Below are positions 1 to 8,337 of a stretch of 64,000 nt of DNA, one piece after another. The notes beneath the pieces are model-generated. The model was not told the DNA's origin. It was given only the letters and a program-made list of their open reading frames with translations, and did no database searches. This DNA comes from a virus (taxonomy: Duplodnaviria; Heunggongvirae; Uroviricota; Caudoviricetes), in the IMG/VR virus record IMGVR_UViG_2675903433_000022; one strand, written 5' to 3'. The translations under genes were made by a program, and so were the position numbers. How positions within the stretch are numbered: the first letter of the stretch is position 1; every line of letters begins with the position of its first letter.

Positions 1-189
1 ATTACATACAAGTTGGCGAAAGAGGTTCAAGAGTTTCGAAAAGTCAGTGTCGAATCAGAGTCTACCAAAGCCGCAATAAACACTCTTATTCGCATGGGGT
101 TCACATGGGACGGTGGAGCTTACTGGCAAGCACCTCAACCCATTTTATCCGGCAATTAGGCGCTACAAATCCTTCTGCATGAATAAATA

Positions 190-210
190 AAGGCCATAAC
201 TTATGGCCTT
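190..210 (+). terminator. Stem-loop aaggccataacttatggcctt, first of three related aaggcca...tggcctt hairpins
   Basis: Inverted repeat read directly; related copies at 5432-5452 and 14574-14596; no strong T-run. Confidence 0.4.
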
Positions 211-297
211 AAATAAATTGTTTTCTACCTTTTCTTATTTGTGAAAATAAACCAGCACTTGGTAGTGCTTATGTAACAGCAAAGAAGAGAAAAACAC

Positions 298-747
298 ATG
301 AGTAACAAAATCGAAAACCCCGTAGTTCTCATTCACAAGCGTGAGAACCACGACTCCTATGCCGTGACGATCACCAATGGGAGTCACGATTTTTACGATG
401 GTCTGCTAATGGCCTCAGTGTCGCCTGATGAGGCAGACAACTCTTTTGCCGTCTTCGCTATGGTTGGTTACTACATGGCTGCCGAAATTGAGAAGTTGCG
501 GGCGCAGAGAGAAGCATTAGCGGCGGAGAATGCAGCCCTGAAAGAATCTGAGCGAGCATTCGATGCGATGTGTGCCGAGGAACACGGAGATAATTGGGTT
601 AGCGAATTAACGGAAGCCCCTGCTACCGACGCTTTTCTGGCTGAGATACGAGCGCAGGGCGTGGAGATGTTTGCTGAGTGCGCATACACACTTGAACATC
701 ATGATCACGCAGTAGCCTTCGCCGCTGAGCTTCGCAAAGGAGCATGA
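298..747 (+). CDS. Hypothetical phage early protein
   Basis: 149 aa ORF, first gene of a tightly packed plus-strand operon; stop is 1 nt from next start. Confidence 0.6.
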   Translation: MSNKIENPVVLIHKRENHDSYAVTITNGSHDFYDGLLMASVSPDEADNSFAVFAMVGYYMAAEIEKLRAQREALAAENAALKESERAFDAMCAEEHGDNWVSELTEAPATDAFLAEIRAQGVEMFAECAYTLEHHDHAVAFAAELRKGA

Positions 748-748
748 T

Positions 749-994
749 ATGGCAACCAATAAAACGTTAGAAGCCGCCAACTTATGGCAGATTGAGCGTG
801 CAAGGTTTGAAGCGGAACACCCGGATTTGCGAATAATGCTTAACCGTGTCGAAGAGCAACTGCATTGCAATATTATGGCGTCGGTCATCATGCTTAATGA
901 CCTTTCTTATACCGTTCGAGAAGTTAAGCGCAAAGCTAACGCGAAAGAAGTAAATAGCTCACCGAATACAAATGGTGATGTGAAATGCAGATAG
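749..994 (+). CDS. Hypothetical protein
   Basis: 81 aa ORF; RBS-like aaaggagca upstream; coupled to preceding gene. Confidence 0.5.
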   Translation: MATNKTLEAANLWQIERARFEAEHPDLRIMLNRVEEQLHCNIMASVIMLNDLSYTVREVKRKANAKEVNSSPNTNGDVKCR

Positions 995-1154
995 TGTTCT
1001 TCGGCTTGCTTCCACACCCAATTCGCCTTTGGGCGTCAACATCACTCATAAAGCCGCATGTCTTTTCTGATGGAACCGGTATTCCTGCATCAAAGCGTCG
1101 TACCGGTATCGCGGCGGCACGGCGTGCAGCAAGGAAACGCAGGAGAGCAAAACG

Positions 1155-1325
1155 ATGAAAAACCGTAAAGCAAAGATTCTATTAGTTCGTAGAAACGACC
1201 CTCGAGTCTTGCAATGGACAAGAATCAGCAACAGGAGAACGGGATTGTTCACTCATGTTGGTCAGATTATGCACTCATTTCGGGATGGTGGATTTTGGTT
1301 AAATCATGATCGTGTCGAAAATTAA
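1155..1325 (+). CDS. Small basic hypothetical protein (56 aa)
   Basis: ATG preceded by gcaggagagcaaaacg (AGGAG, 9 nt spacing); below the ORF-track size cut-off; translated by hand. Confidence 0.3.
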   Translation: MKNRKAKILLVRRNDPRVLQWTRISNRRTGLFTHVGQIMHSFRDGGFWLNHDRVEN

Positions 1326-1336
1326 GGTGAAAGAAG

Positions 1337-1660
1337 ATGACCACATCGCATTCTGCTATTACCCAGGAAAAAGCCTTCCACATACTCGAACGATTAGAGG
1401 CGCTTGCTACGGAGGAAGATATATCACTGGAGAAACTGGTTGAGTTCAGCCGTGTGATATTGCGTCGCAAGAACGATATGGAGCGACTGACATCTGGCGC
1501 TCAATCCTTATCAGTCAGGCGAACACTTTGTTGCAGCTTCTGCAACAAATCCCAGTACGCCGTCAAAAAGTTAATTGCTGGGGACGCCGTTTTCATCTGC
1601 GACGAGTGTGTGGATGTGTGCAACAGAATTATCCGGGGAGAGAAAGAGGGATCAGCATGA
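1337..1660 (+). CDS. Protein with C-terminal ClpX-type C4 zinc-finger domain
   Basis: C-terminus [35 protein letters not shown] closely resembles the ClpX N-terminal zinc-binding domain; RBS aaggtgaaagaag before ATG. Confidence 0.6.
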   Translation: MTTSHSAITQEKAFHILERLEALATEEDISLEKLVEFSRVILRRKNDMERLTSGAQSLSVRRTLCCSFCNKSQYAVKKLIAGDAVFICDECVDVCNRIIRGEKEGSA

Positions 1661-2178
1661 AATTTTCCAAATTTTCTGAGTTGGTGAATCGTATTTTGTC
1701 CAACAACCACAGCCATCGTCGCGATATGGATGTAACGATCGTTGTTCATTCGCCTGGTCGCATCGGTTCAACACCATCAGTTGAGGTTCAGTCAATTCAG
1801 GCGGGTTTTGATTGGGATGCCGGGAAAGTGATGATTTTTCCAGCACAGCCACTGACCACGCTAACACCGGAGCAGGTTGCTGATATTACTGAAAGTGTGC
1901 ACAAAGGCCAGTCATGGCACGCGTATCAGGAATACAAGAAGCATAAAGAGCAGTTGGAAAAATTGTCGATGGAGTTGGAAGCCGCTAAACAGAGGGAAAA
2001 AGATCTGTTTATGGAAAATGTTCGACTTAAGTCAGGTATAGCCGGTCTGATACACCTCGGTATTCGATATGCGGATGTTGAGGTCATGAAAATTGCTGGA
2101 GATGCCCAGCTTTCTACTCCATGCACTGACAGCATCATAAACAGCATTGCAACAGGCATTCGCATTACAGCAGAGTGA
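1657..2178 (+). CDS. Hypothetical protein
   Basis: ATG at 1657 overlaps previous stop (ATGA); RBS gagaaagaggga; the track ORF from 1528 is an in-frame upstream extension overlapping the previous gene. Confidence 0.55.
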   Translation: MKFSKFSELVNRILSNNHSHRRDMDVTIVVHSPGRIGSTPSVEVQSIQAGFDWDAGKVMIFPAQPLTTLTPEQVADITESVHKGQSWHAYQEYKKHKEQLEKLSMELEAAKQREKDLFMENVRLKSGIAGLIHLGIRYADVEVMKIAGDAQLSTPCTDSIINSIATGIRITAE

Positions 2179-2381
2179 GTGATATGGATAAAAATACCCC
2201 TGCTTACTGGAGTTTATCACTTGATACCGAATGCCCAAAATGCGGTCACAATTTCGATCTGCTTTGTGATGCTGATTTTTGGGAGTTTTCTGGAGCGAAA
2301 CAGGCGTGTGAAGAAATAGAAGGTTACGAAACATGCTGTCCAGAATGCAACCATGAATTTAAAACAGATTTTGTGTATTGA
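2175..2381 (+). CDS. Small zinc-ribbon protein
   Basis: Two CxxC pairs (CPKCGH...CCPECNH); GTG at 2175 overlaps upstream stop, alternative ATG at 2184. Confidence 0.5.
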   Translation: MSDMDKNTPAYWSLSLDTECPKCGHNFDLLCDADFWEFSGAKQACEEIEGYETCCPECNHEFKTDFVY

Positions 2382-2391
2382 AGCATAGCAA

Positions 2392-2913
2392 ATGACCACC
2401 TTTACCAAAGAACAACTAATTGATCATATTAATGATCGCAAAGATGTCCGTCAGAGAATGTTGGATACCGCAACGATTTCTTCTGGATTCCGAGAATATC
2501 TTGAAAGAGAGCTTGCCACCGATCAGATTGCCCTAGCGTCGCTGGAAGCTGAACCTGTTCTGTATCAGTCCTGCACTCGCCCCACTTGGAATAGCGGTGT
2601 TCCGTGGACGGAATGGAAAGAACGTAGTCGTGAGGGCTACGAAAACGATTTGCGCTTTACAGACACGCCTGACCATGCCGGTTGGATAAACAAATGTCGA
2701 AAACTATATACCACTCCGCCAGCGTCACTGCTACCTGACGGACTGGTTAAAGCCGTGCGCTTCTATGAACAGGTTAAGCGTGAAAATCCGCCAGTCGAAA
2801 CCGGAGCATGGAAAGACGCGGTTGACTGGGTGCTTAAAGAGGCTTTCCAGGCTGTATCAGTGTTGGAAAGCAGTAGAGAACACGAAGTTATTAGCCAGCA
2901 GGAGAAGGCATGA
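2392..2913 (+). CDS. Hypothetical protein, N-terminal paralogue of the 3108-3812 product
   Basis: 173 aa; starts MTTFTKEQLI, same as the ORF at 3108. Confidence 0.6.
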   Translation: MTTFTKEQLIDHINDRKDVRQRMLDTATISSGFREYLERELATDQIALASLEAEPVLYQSCTRPTWNSGVPWTEWKERSREGYENDLRFTDTPDHAGWINKCRKLYTTPPASLLPDGLVKAVRFYEQVKRENPPVETGAWKDAVDWVLKEAFQAVSVLESSREHEVISQQEKA

Positions 2914-3098
2914 GACAACTTTACACCATTGTTATCGCATTTGTTTTTGGTTTTGGCGGCATTTGCGTCGGTGAGAGTGCTGGCTATAACCGTGGATTAA
3001 GTGAAGGAGTTGCTATCAGCAAGGGGGATAAGTGGGATTGTGCTTACTCATACGTGACTGGATTCCTTATGTGTGATCGAACCCCAAAATATAAGTAG
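2910..3098 (+). CDS. Small membrane protein
   Basis: 62 aa, hydrophobic N-terminal segment IVIAFVFGFGGICVG; ATGA overlap with upstream stop. Confidence 0.45.
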   Translation: MRQLYTIVIAFVFGFGGICVGESAGYNRGLSEGVAISKGDKWDCAYSYVTGFLMCDRTPKYK

Positions 3099-3107
3099 AG
3101 GCTATCA

Positions 3108-3812
3108 ATGACCACCTTTACCAAAGAACAGTTAATCTCCCATGCACGCGAAAGCGTTAGTTATCTGGAAAACTTGAAAGGACGTGTTAGCAAAGAAGGT
3201 GCGGACTGCAAAGTTGTTATTGAGATGGTTGCACGAGATCTAAAACTGGCTCGAATTGCACTGACCTCACTTGAGACAAAACCAATAGGTGCATTCCACA
3301 TTGCAGAACAGCAAGTTGACGGTACAAGTGACTACATCAAGGATGGAGAGTGGCCTATTGATAATGGGACAATTGAAGTATACGCCGCCCCTCCAGTGCC
3401 AGTAGTACCGGAAGAAAAACCAATGCCTAATCCTCTTAGCATGTACGCGGTTGATGCTGTTGCCGCTATTGCAGAGGTGAGAGGCTGGAACGCCTGTCGT
3501 GCCGCTATGCTTCAGAGTCAAGATAATTGCATTAAGGATGGTTGGATAAGCTGTAGTGAGCGAATGCCTGTAATCGGCGAGCTAAATTGGAGAACTGGTT
3601 TTCCTTTGCTGATTACGTGTGAGATCGGCGTTATACCAGCTTATTACGGCTTTGTGAGCGTTAATGGGGATAAGCATTATGGTTTTATGGAAAGTTTTAA
3701 ATACGGAGACGATCGCGGCGGCCATCCTAAAACTAATGAATATGGTCTGATTAGCAATGTCACACACTGGATGCCGCTACCAGAACCTCCGCAGGAGTCG
3801 AAGAGTGAATAA
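3108..3812 (+). CDS. Hypothetical protein (paralogous N-terminus)
   Basis: 234 aa; MTTFTKEQLI start shared with the 2392 product. Confidence 0.6.
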   Translation: MTTFTKEQLISHARESVSYLENLKGRVSKEGADCKVVIEMVARDLKLARIALTSLETKPIGAFHIAEQQVDGTSDYIKDGEWPIDNGTIEVYAAPPVPVVPEEKPMPNPLSMYAVDAVAAIAEVRGWNACRAAMLQSQDNCIKDGWISCSERMPVIGELNWRTGFPLLITCEIGVIPAYYGFVSVNGDKHYGFMESFKYGDDRGGHPKTNEYGLISNVTHWMPLPEPPQESKSE

Positions 3813-4026
3813 AGCAGAGTTATTTCAGAAAATATCGGCTCTCGCGACTGAATGCCACGCTATAGCATCTGAGCTTGATGTTGGCGATGAACGAACCGAG
3901 ATGTTCGAAATATACAGTGTGCTGCGCAATCTCTGTCGGCGTGGCTACGCCACTCAAGTAGGGCGAATGACTAACCCACTACTCTCATCCTGTGATGAGG
4001 ATGACTCGGATGAGGATGACGAATGA
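3805..4026 (+). CDS. Small protein with acidic C-terminal tail
   Basis: GTG at 3805 preceded by AGGAG at 3793-3797; C-terminus DEDDSDEDDE; track ORF from 3757 overlaps upstream gene. Confidence 0.4.
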   Translation: MNKAELFQKISALATECHAIASELDVGDERTEMFEIYSVLRNLCRRGYATQVGRMTNPLLSSCDEDDSDEDDE

Positions 4027-4877
4027 TGCATAAATCAGTAGCCGGTGAGTTTCAGAAGGAAGTCGATAATACTACCGTTCTATTGGACGATATTTTAAGC
4101 ATTCTCGCGCTGCTTGAGGCTGGCGATTGGTCAGAACATTGCACTAAAACAGAGCTAGGCGGTCGGCTTGAAAGAGAGATTACACGACTTATTGGTGATG
4201 CGCAGGAAGCTACAGTCACTAGTTATGAGTTAATCGCTGAAGCCTGGCGTTTGATGGATGGACAAGATCCTAAAACCAGCGATTGGCATAGCAAGGCTTC
4301 GAAGTATTTAAATTCCAATAGGGTAGAAAAAGTTGATGATGTGAAACCGAAGCCAGTAGATCACGGTTTCCGCGATAACTGCGAATGCTCTAGTTGCCAG
4401 ACCACGGCCCGTATTTGTTCCGAATTGACAGATAAGTCCAGCCTAATCTACGAAGTTAATGTAGGCGGTAATACATGGGTCGAATGCACAAGAGCTGCAT
4501 ACGTAAGAGCAAAAGACAAGGGTGAATTAACCAGAGTTGTTACCCATCACCCAAATAATGAGCTTAAAGATCACCAGATTCGAGAACTAGTGAACGAGTT
4601 GCGGGATATTGCGGTTACGTATCACGGAACGCAGCAATTGCGGGAGAAAATTGCCAGAGCAGTGAACAACTCGCTCAAAGGTGGACAATCCCAACCGAAA
4701 CGTATACGAATTACACATATAGGTGAAAACGGAACAGAAATCCCCCAATTTTCTGTTGGGGACATCTTTGATGTACATGGAGAAGAGTTTGGTGAGCCTC
4801 ACATCACTATGCCTAGTGGCCATGTTTACTGGCTAAGAGCTATGGAGAAATATGGTGATAAATGGGAAGTGTTATGA
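4023..4877 (+). CDS. Hypothetical protein
   Basis: 284 aa; ATGA-coupled start. Confidence 0.6.
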   Translation: MMHKSVAGEFQKEVDNTTVLLDDILSILALLEAGDWSEHCTKTELGGRLEREITRLIGDAQEATVTSYELIAEAWRLMDGQDPKTSDWHSKASKYLNSNRVEKVDDVKPKPVDHGFRDNCECSSCQTTARICSELTDKSSLIYEVNVGGNTWVECTRAAYVRAKDKGELTRVVTHHPNNELKDHQIRELVNELRDIAVTYHGTQQLREKIARAVNNSLKGGQSQPKRIRITHIGENGTEIPQFSVGDIFDVHGEEFGEPHITMPSGHVYWLRAMEKYGDKWEVL

Positions 4878-5415
4878 GGGATGCGAAGTTATGACCAAAT
4901 TTGGAAAGCTGGAAGCTCATTTGCTGACTCGTAACTACCGCCATGATATACACCCATATAGACAGTGGATTGATGAAAGCGAAGGAGTTGTTACATTCCC
5001 TCTATACAGGTTTGATGGGATGTTGGCCGGGTATCAGACATACAGACCAGGCGCTCCTAAGCAGCATAGCAATCCGAAGATGGCCCGGTATTTCACACGA
5101 GCGCACGGCAGACAGCTACTATGGGGTACCTATCTTCCTTTAAAAGATGGACCGATATGGATAACTGAGTCGATTTTTAAAAGTGCAGCAGTGCACAACG
5201 CGGGCGGAAATTCGTGGGCGCTGTTAGGCTCGACTTTCTCAGCAGGATTACGTCGTCAACTGGCAATGCTGCCGTATGACTTTCGTGTAATAGGTGACAA
5301 TGATGCGGCTGGCGAATCACTTGTGAAGTCTTTCGGAAAAGGTTTTGTGGCACCGGATCTTGACGAGCTACAACCACATGAAGTGTCTAATTTGATTTTT
5401 AGCCATAGCCAATAA
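4852..5415 (+). CDS. Hypothetical protein
   Basis: Track ORF; alternative ATG at 4891 with GAGGGA RBS. Confidence 0.55.
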   Translation: MVINGKCYEGCEVMTKFGKLEAHLLTRNYRHDIHPYRQWIDESEGVVTFPLYRFDGMLAGYQTYRPGAPKQHSNPKMARYFTRAHGRQLLWGTYLPLKDGPIWITESIFKSAAVHNAGGNSWALLGSTFSAGLRRQLAMLPYDFRVIGDNDAAGESLVKSFGKGFVAPDLDELQPHEVSNLIFSHSQ

Positions 5416-5431
5416 GTATCACTTCTCCATT

Positions 5432-5452
5432 AAGGCCACAACTAGTGGCCTT
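5432..5452 (+). terminator. Stem-loop aaggccacaactagtggcctt at end of early operon
   Basis: Perfect inverted repeat immediately followed by the AAACAAtTTGTTT palindrome. Confidence 0.5.
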
Positions 5453-5465
5453 AAACAATTTGTTT
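5453..5465. promoter_or_regulatory. 13-bp palindrome AAACAAtTTGTTT (recurrent early-region motif)
   Basis: One of at least 11 intergenic copies read in the sequence. Confidence 0.45.
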
Positions 5466-5538
5466 TCTACGTTTTCTTATTTGAGAAAATCACGTTGTTG
5501 GCAGCTCATAGGCTTGTTGTTATACATAGCTGTATAGA

Positions 5539-5895
5539 TTATGAGCGTAAATTATTAGCGGATTTTAAGCCATATTCACCGTTATAGTAATTACTCGCGT
5601 TCCATTCATTGGGAAGCTCTTGTCTGTCCAATGTATAGTGGCGCACGATGTAACGACCTGCATCTTCTTCGAGGTACAGGCGGACATAGCCAATGTGAAT
5701 TACCGGTATGGGCGGCGTTCGTATTGCATAGATGTCGCGGAGATATACCGGTAGCTCGACAAATGCATCAGGTGCATCTGTGATGCTCGTTTTTTCACAG
5801 TATTCATATAACGCATCGTTGATATCGTTAAGGGATTCATGATCGTATATTTCCAGGTAATTACCCCGATCGCGATGGTACTCGATTTTAGCCAT
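5539..5895 (-). CDS. Hypothetical protein
   Basis: 118 aa, start adjacent to upstream stop (TGAATG on minus strand). Confidence 0.55.
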   Translation of the reverse strand: MAKIEYHRDRGNYLEIYDHESLNDINDALYEYCEKTSITDAPDAFVELPVYLRDIYAIRTPPIPVIHIGYVRLYLEEDAGRYIVRHYTLDRQELPNEWNASNYYNGEYGLKSANNLRS

Positions 5896-6480
5896 TCAAA
5901 ATCCCCTATTATCGTTTTGCATTTCTCTAATCCGGTCCAGAACAACTTCATGTTGGGCTTGGATAGCGGCTTTTTCGTTTTCAAGCCGGGCAATAGACTT
6001 CTCTAATTCTTTGCTGTACCAGGCAAGTTGGGTAAGGTTCATCCGGTTGTGATCGAGAGTTGGCGACACCTCGACGTGATCCCCTTCTTCCTGCCTTAAT
6101 GAGAAGAGATTCATCTCATCCCTTGAGGAAAATTCAGCAACAATTTCTTGTTGATGATCCGGTCGCTGCGGCATCCTTGCCAGTATAAATGGCGGTTCTA
6201 TTGAAAACATGAATGACGGTTTAGACCGTGTTTTGACCCATCTAGCTTGCTGTCTTTCGGCAAGTTCACAGGCTTCATCATAGTTATCTACAAAACCAAG
6301 CACGGATGGACGGTCCCACGCGCCACCATTCAGACAATAAACAACAATTTTCCCGTCAGGTTCTGTAACTCCATAGGGATGGTCCCACCAGGCGTCCAGC
6401 TGGGCTTTGGAGCGTTTCTCGTTAGGAGTGCAGTCAAAATTTTTGGGCAATGCAGGATCGAGAGGAATGCGGGCAGGCAT
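5896..6480 (-). CDS. Hypothetical protein
   Basis: 194 aa; RBS aaggaa 6 nt before ATG on minus strand. Confidence 0.55.
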   Translation of the reverse strand: MPARIPLDPALPKNFDCTPNEKRSKAQLDAWWDHPYGVTEPDGKIVVYCLNGGAWDRPSVLGFVDNYDEACELAERQQARWVKTRSKPSFMFSIEPPFILARMPQRPDHQQEIVAEFSSRDEMNLFSLRQEEGDHVEVSPTLDHNRMNLTQLAWYSKELEKSIARLENEKAAIQAQHEVVLDRIREMQNDNRGF

Positions 6481-6614
6481 GGCTAATTCCTTATTAATTG
6501 ATTAGTAACGAGGTTACGCTGATCCAGCGGTGATGAATAGTAGCAAAGCGCACAAAGTCATCAGAGGGGTTAAGACCCATAACGCGTTTGCACCAAAGGT
6601 GCATCTTTAATGTA

Positions 6615-6634
6615 TACTGTATGGATAAACAGTA
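6615..6634. promoter_or_regulatory. LexA (SOS) box tACTGTatggataaACAGta
   Basis: CTGT-N8-ACAG match to the SOS-box consensus TACTGTATATATATACAGTA, 19 nt upstream of the UmuD'-like start, overlapping a TATACT -10-like hexamer. Confidence 0.6.
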
Positions 6635-6652
6635 TTTTGAGGTGAAAACGCT

Positions 6653-7042
6653 ATGGGCTTCCCTTCTCCTGCGGCGGATTATGCTGAGAGCCGTATTTCT
6701 CTTGATCAGCAGATAATTAGACATCCTTCAGCGACCTACTTCATGAGGGCAGCTGATAGCCATCATCGTGAGGGAATATTACAGGGTGCATTGCTGGTGG
6801 TCGATTCCTCACTTACCCCGGTTGATGGTTCTCTGCTTGTATGCGCTCTGGATGGGGAATATCGCGTAAAAAGATACCGGAAGTATCCACGTCAGCATCT
6901 GGAGGATTTAAGAACCGGTAAGAAGGAAGCATTGCCAAAGGATGACGATGGATGCACGGGCAGCAATGCCGTGTTTGGTGTGATCACTCACATTATCAAC
7001 GACGCAAGAAGTGGCGAGTTTGATGATTGTCCCGTGATGTAG
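6653..7042 (+). CDS. UmuD'-like S24 peptidase-family protein, lacking the N-terminal arm
   Basis: Begins MGFPSPAADY, matching UmuD just after its self-cleavage site as remembered; conserved HPSATYF and VK motifs; RBS GAGGTGA; no umuC downstream. Confidence 0.7.
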   Translation: MGFPSPAADYAESRISLDQQIIRHPSATYFMRAADSHHREGILQGALLVVDSSLTPVDGSLLVCALDGEYRVKRYRKYPRQHLEDLRTGKKEALPKDDDGCTGSNAVFGVITHIINDARSGEFDDCPVM

Positions 7043-7054
7043 GAGAACTGATTA

Positions 7055-7078
7055 GGCGGTGCAATGCACCGCCTTTTT
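7055..7078. terminator. Bidirectional rho-independent terminator
   Basis: ggcggtgcaatgcaccgcc hairpin plus T-run, between convergent UmuD'-like gene and apbC. Confidence 0.6.
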
Positions 7079-7079
7079 A

Positions 7080-8180
7080 TCACACTGCGCGGAATGCGAT
7101 TTCGCCAGGTATTACTTCACCTTGCCAATACATTTGGGCAGCAACGCGATCTGCGAGGTCACGATAAATAGCCGTAAATTCGCTATCTGGACGACTAATA
7201 ACGGTTGGTGTTCCGTTATCCAGATCTTCACGAAGAGAGATATGAAGTGGCATTTGGCCTAACAACTGCGTGTTGTATTTCTCGGCCAGTTTCTGTGCGC
7301 CACCGGTGCCAAAAATTGGCTCGTGATGACCGCAGTTACTGCAAATATGCATACTCATGTTCTCGACAATACCGAGCACCGGAACCTCGACTTTCTCGAA
7401 CATCACAATGCCTTTTTTCGCATCGATCAACGCGATGTCCTGCGGCGTAGTTACCACAACCGCACCAGTTACAGGAATGTTCTGCGCCAGCGTCAATTGA
7501 ATATCACCAGTGCCCGGCGGCATATCGAGAACGAGATAGTCCAGATCAGGCCATAGAGTTTCCTGCAACATCTGCATTAACGCCTTGCTCGCCATCGGAC
7601 CACGCCACACCATCGCATTGTCGTCAGTTACCAGATAACCAATTGAATTGGTTGCCAGTCCATGAGACATAATCGGTGCCATGTGAGTACCGTCCGGTGA
7701 GGTTGGACGTTGGTTTTCCGCGCCAAGCATGGTTGGAATTGATGGCCCGTAGATATCGGCATCCAAAATACCAACTTTCGCACCTTCAGCAGCCAACGCC
7801 AGTGCCAGGTTTACCGCCGTGGAGGATTTACCAACGCCGCCCTTGCCTGAGCTGACGGCGATAATGTTCTTAACGCCATTAATGCCTGGTTGGTTTTTGA
7901 CGCGCTTAAGCGTGGCAATGTTGTACGACAGCTTCCAGTCGATAGCCTTTGCGCCAGTGATACGGAGCAGATCACCACTACATTGCTCTTTCAGGTCTTC
8001 AAAAGGCTTATTCCACACGAAAGGCATGATTAGTTCGACATGCAGTGTGTCATCCATCAACGCAACATGGTGTAACGCTTTAAGCGTAGTCAGGTTGTGT
8101 TTCAGGGTTGGGTGCTGAAAATTAGCCAGCGTACCGGCTACCATTGCTCTCAGGGCATCCGGCGATTTGGACTCGCTCAT
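7080..8180 (-). CDS. apbC: Fe-S cluster carrier ATPase ApbC/Mrp
   Basis: 366 aa; SSGKGGVGKSSTAVNLALALA Walker A, CSNCGHHEPIFG motif; ortholog-level similarity to enterobacterial Mrp; divergent from metG as in enterobacterial chromosomes. Confidence 0.9.
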   Translation of the reverse strand: MSESKSPDALRAMVAGTLANFQHPTLKHNLTTLKALHHVALMDDTLHVELIMPFVWNKPFEDLKEQCSGDLLRITGAKAIDWKLSYNIATLKRVKNQPGINGVKNIIAVSSGKGGVGKSSTAVNLALALAAEGAKVGILDADIYGPSIPTMLGAENQRPTSPDGTHMAPIMSHGLATNSIGYLVTDDNAMVWRGPMASKALMQMLQETLWPDLDYLVLDMPPGTGDIQLTLAQNIPVTGAVVVTTPQDIALIDAKKGIVMFEKVEVPVLGIVENMSMHICSNCGHHEPIFGTGGAQKLAEKYNTQLLGQMPLHISLREDLDNGTPTVISRPDSEFTAIYRDLADRVAAQMYWQGEVIPGEIAFRAV

Positions 8181-8337
8181 CCCGTCTCCTTTATTTTAAT
8201 TTGCGCAATTGTCGCCTTGTAGTGTACTCCAGCTACGGCATTTAATCATTTATGAGAAATGCTGTTATCACATGGCAGACATAAGGCCATTTTGTTACTA
8301 TCAAGCCCCTTTTCACTACAAAGAAGTAATGCCTACT

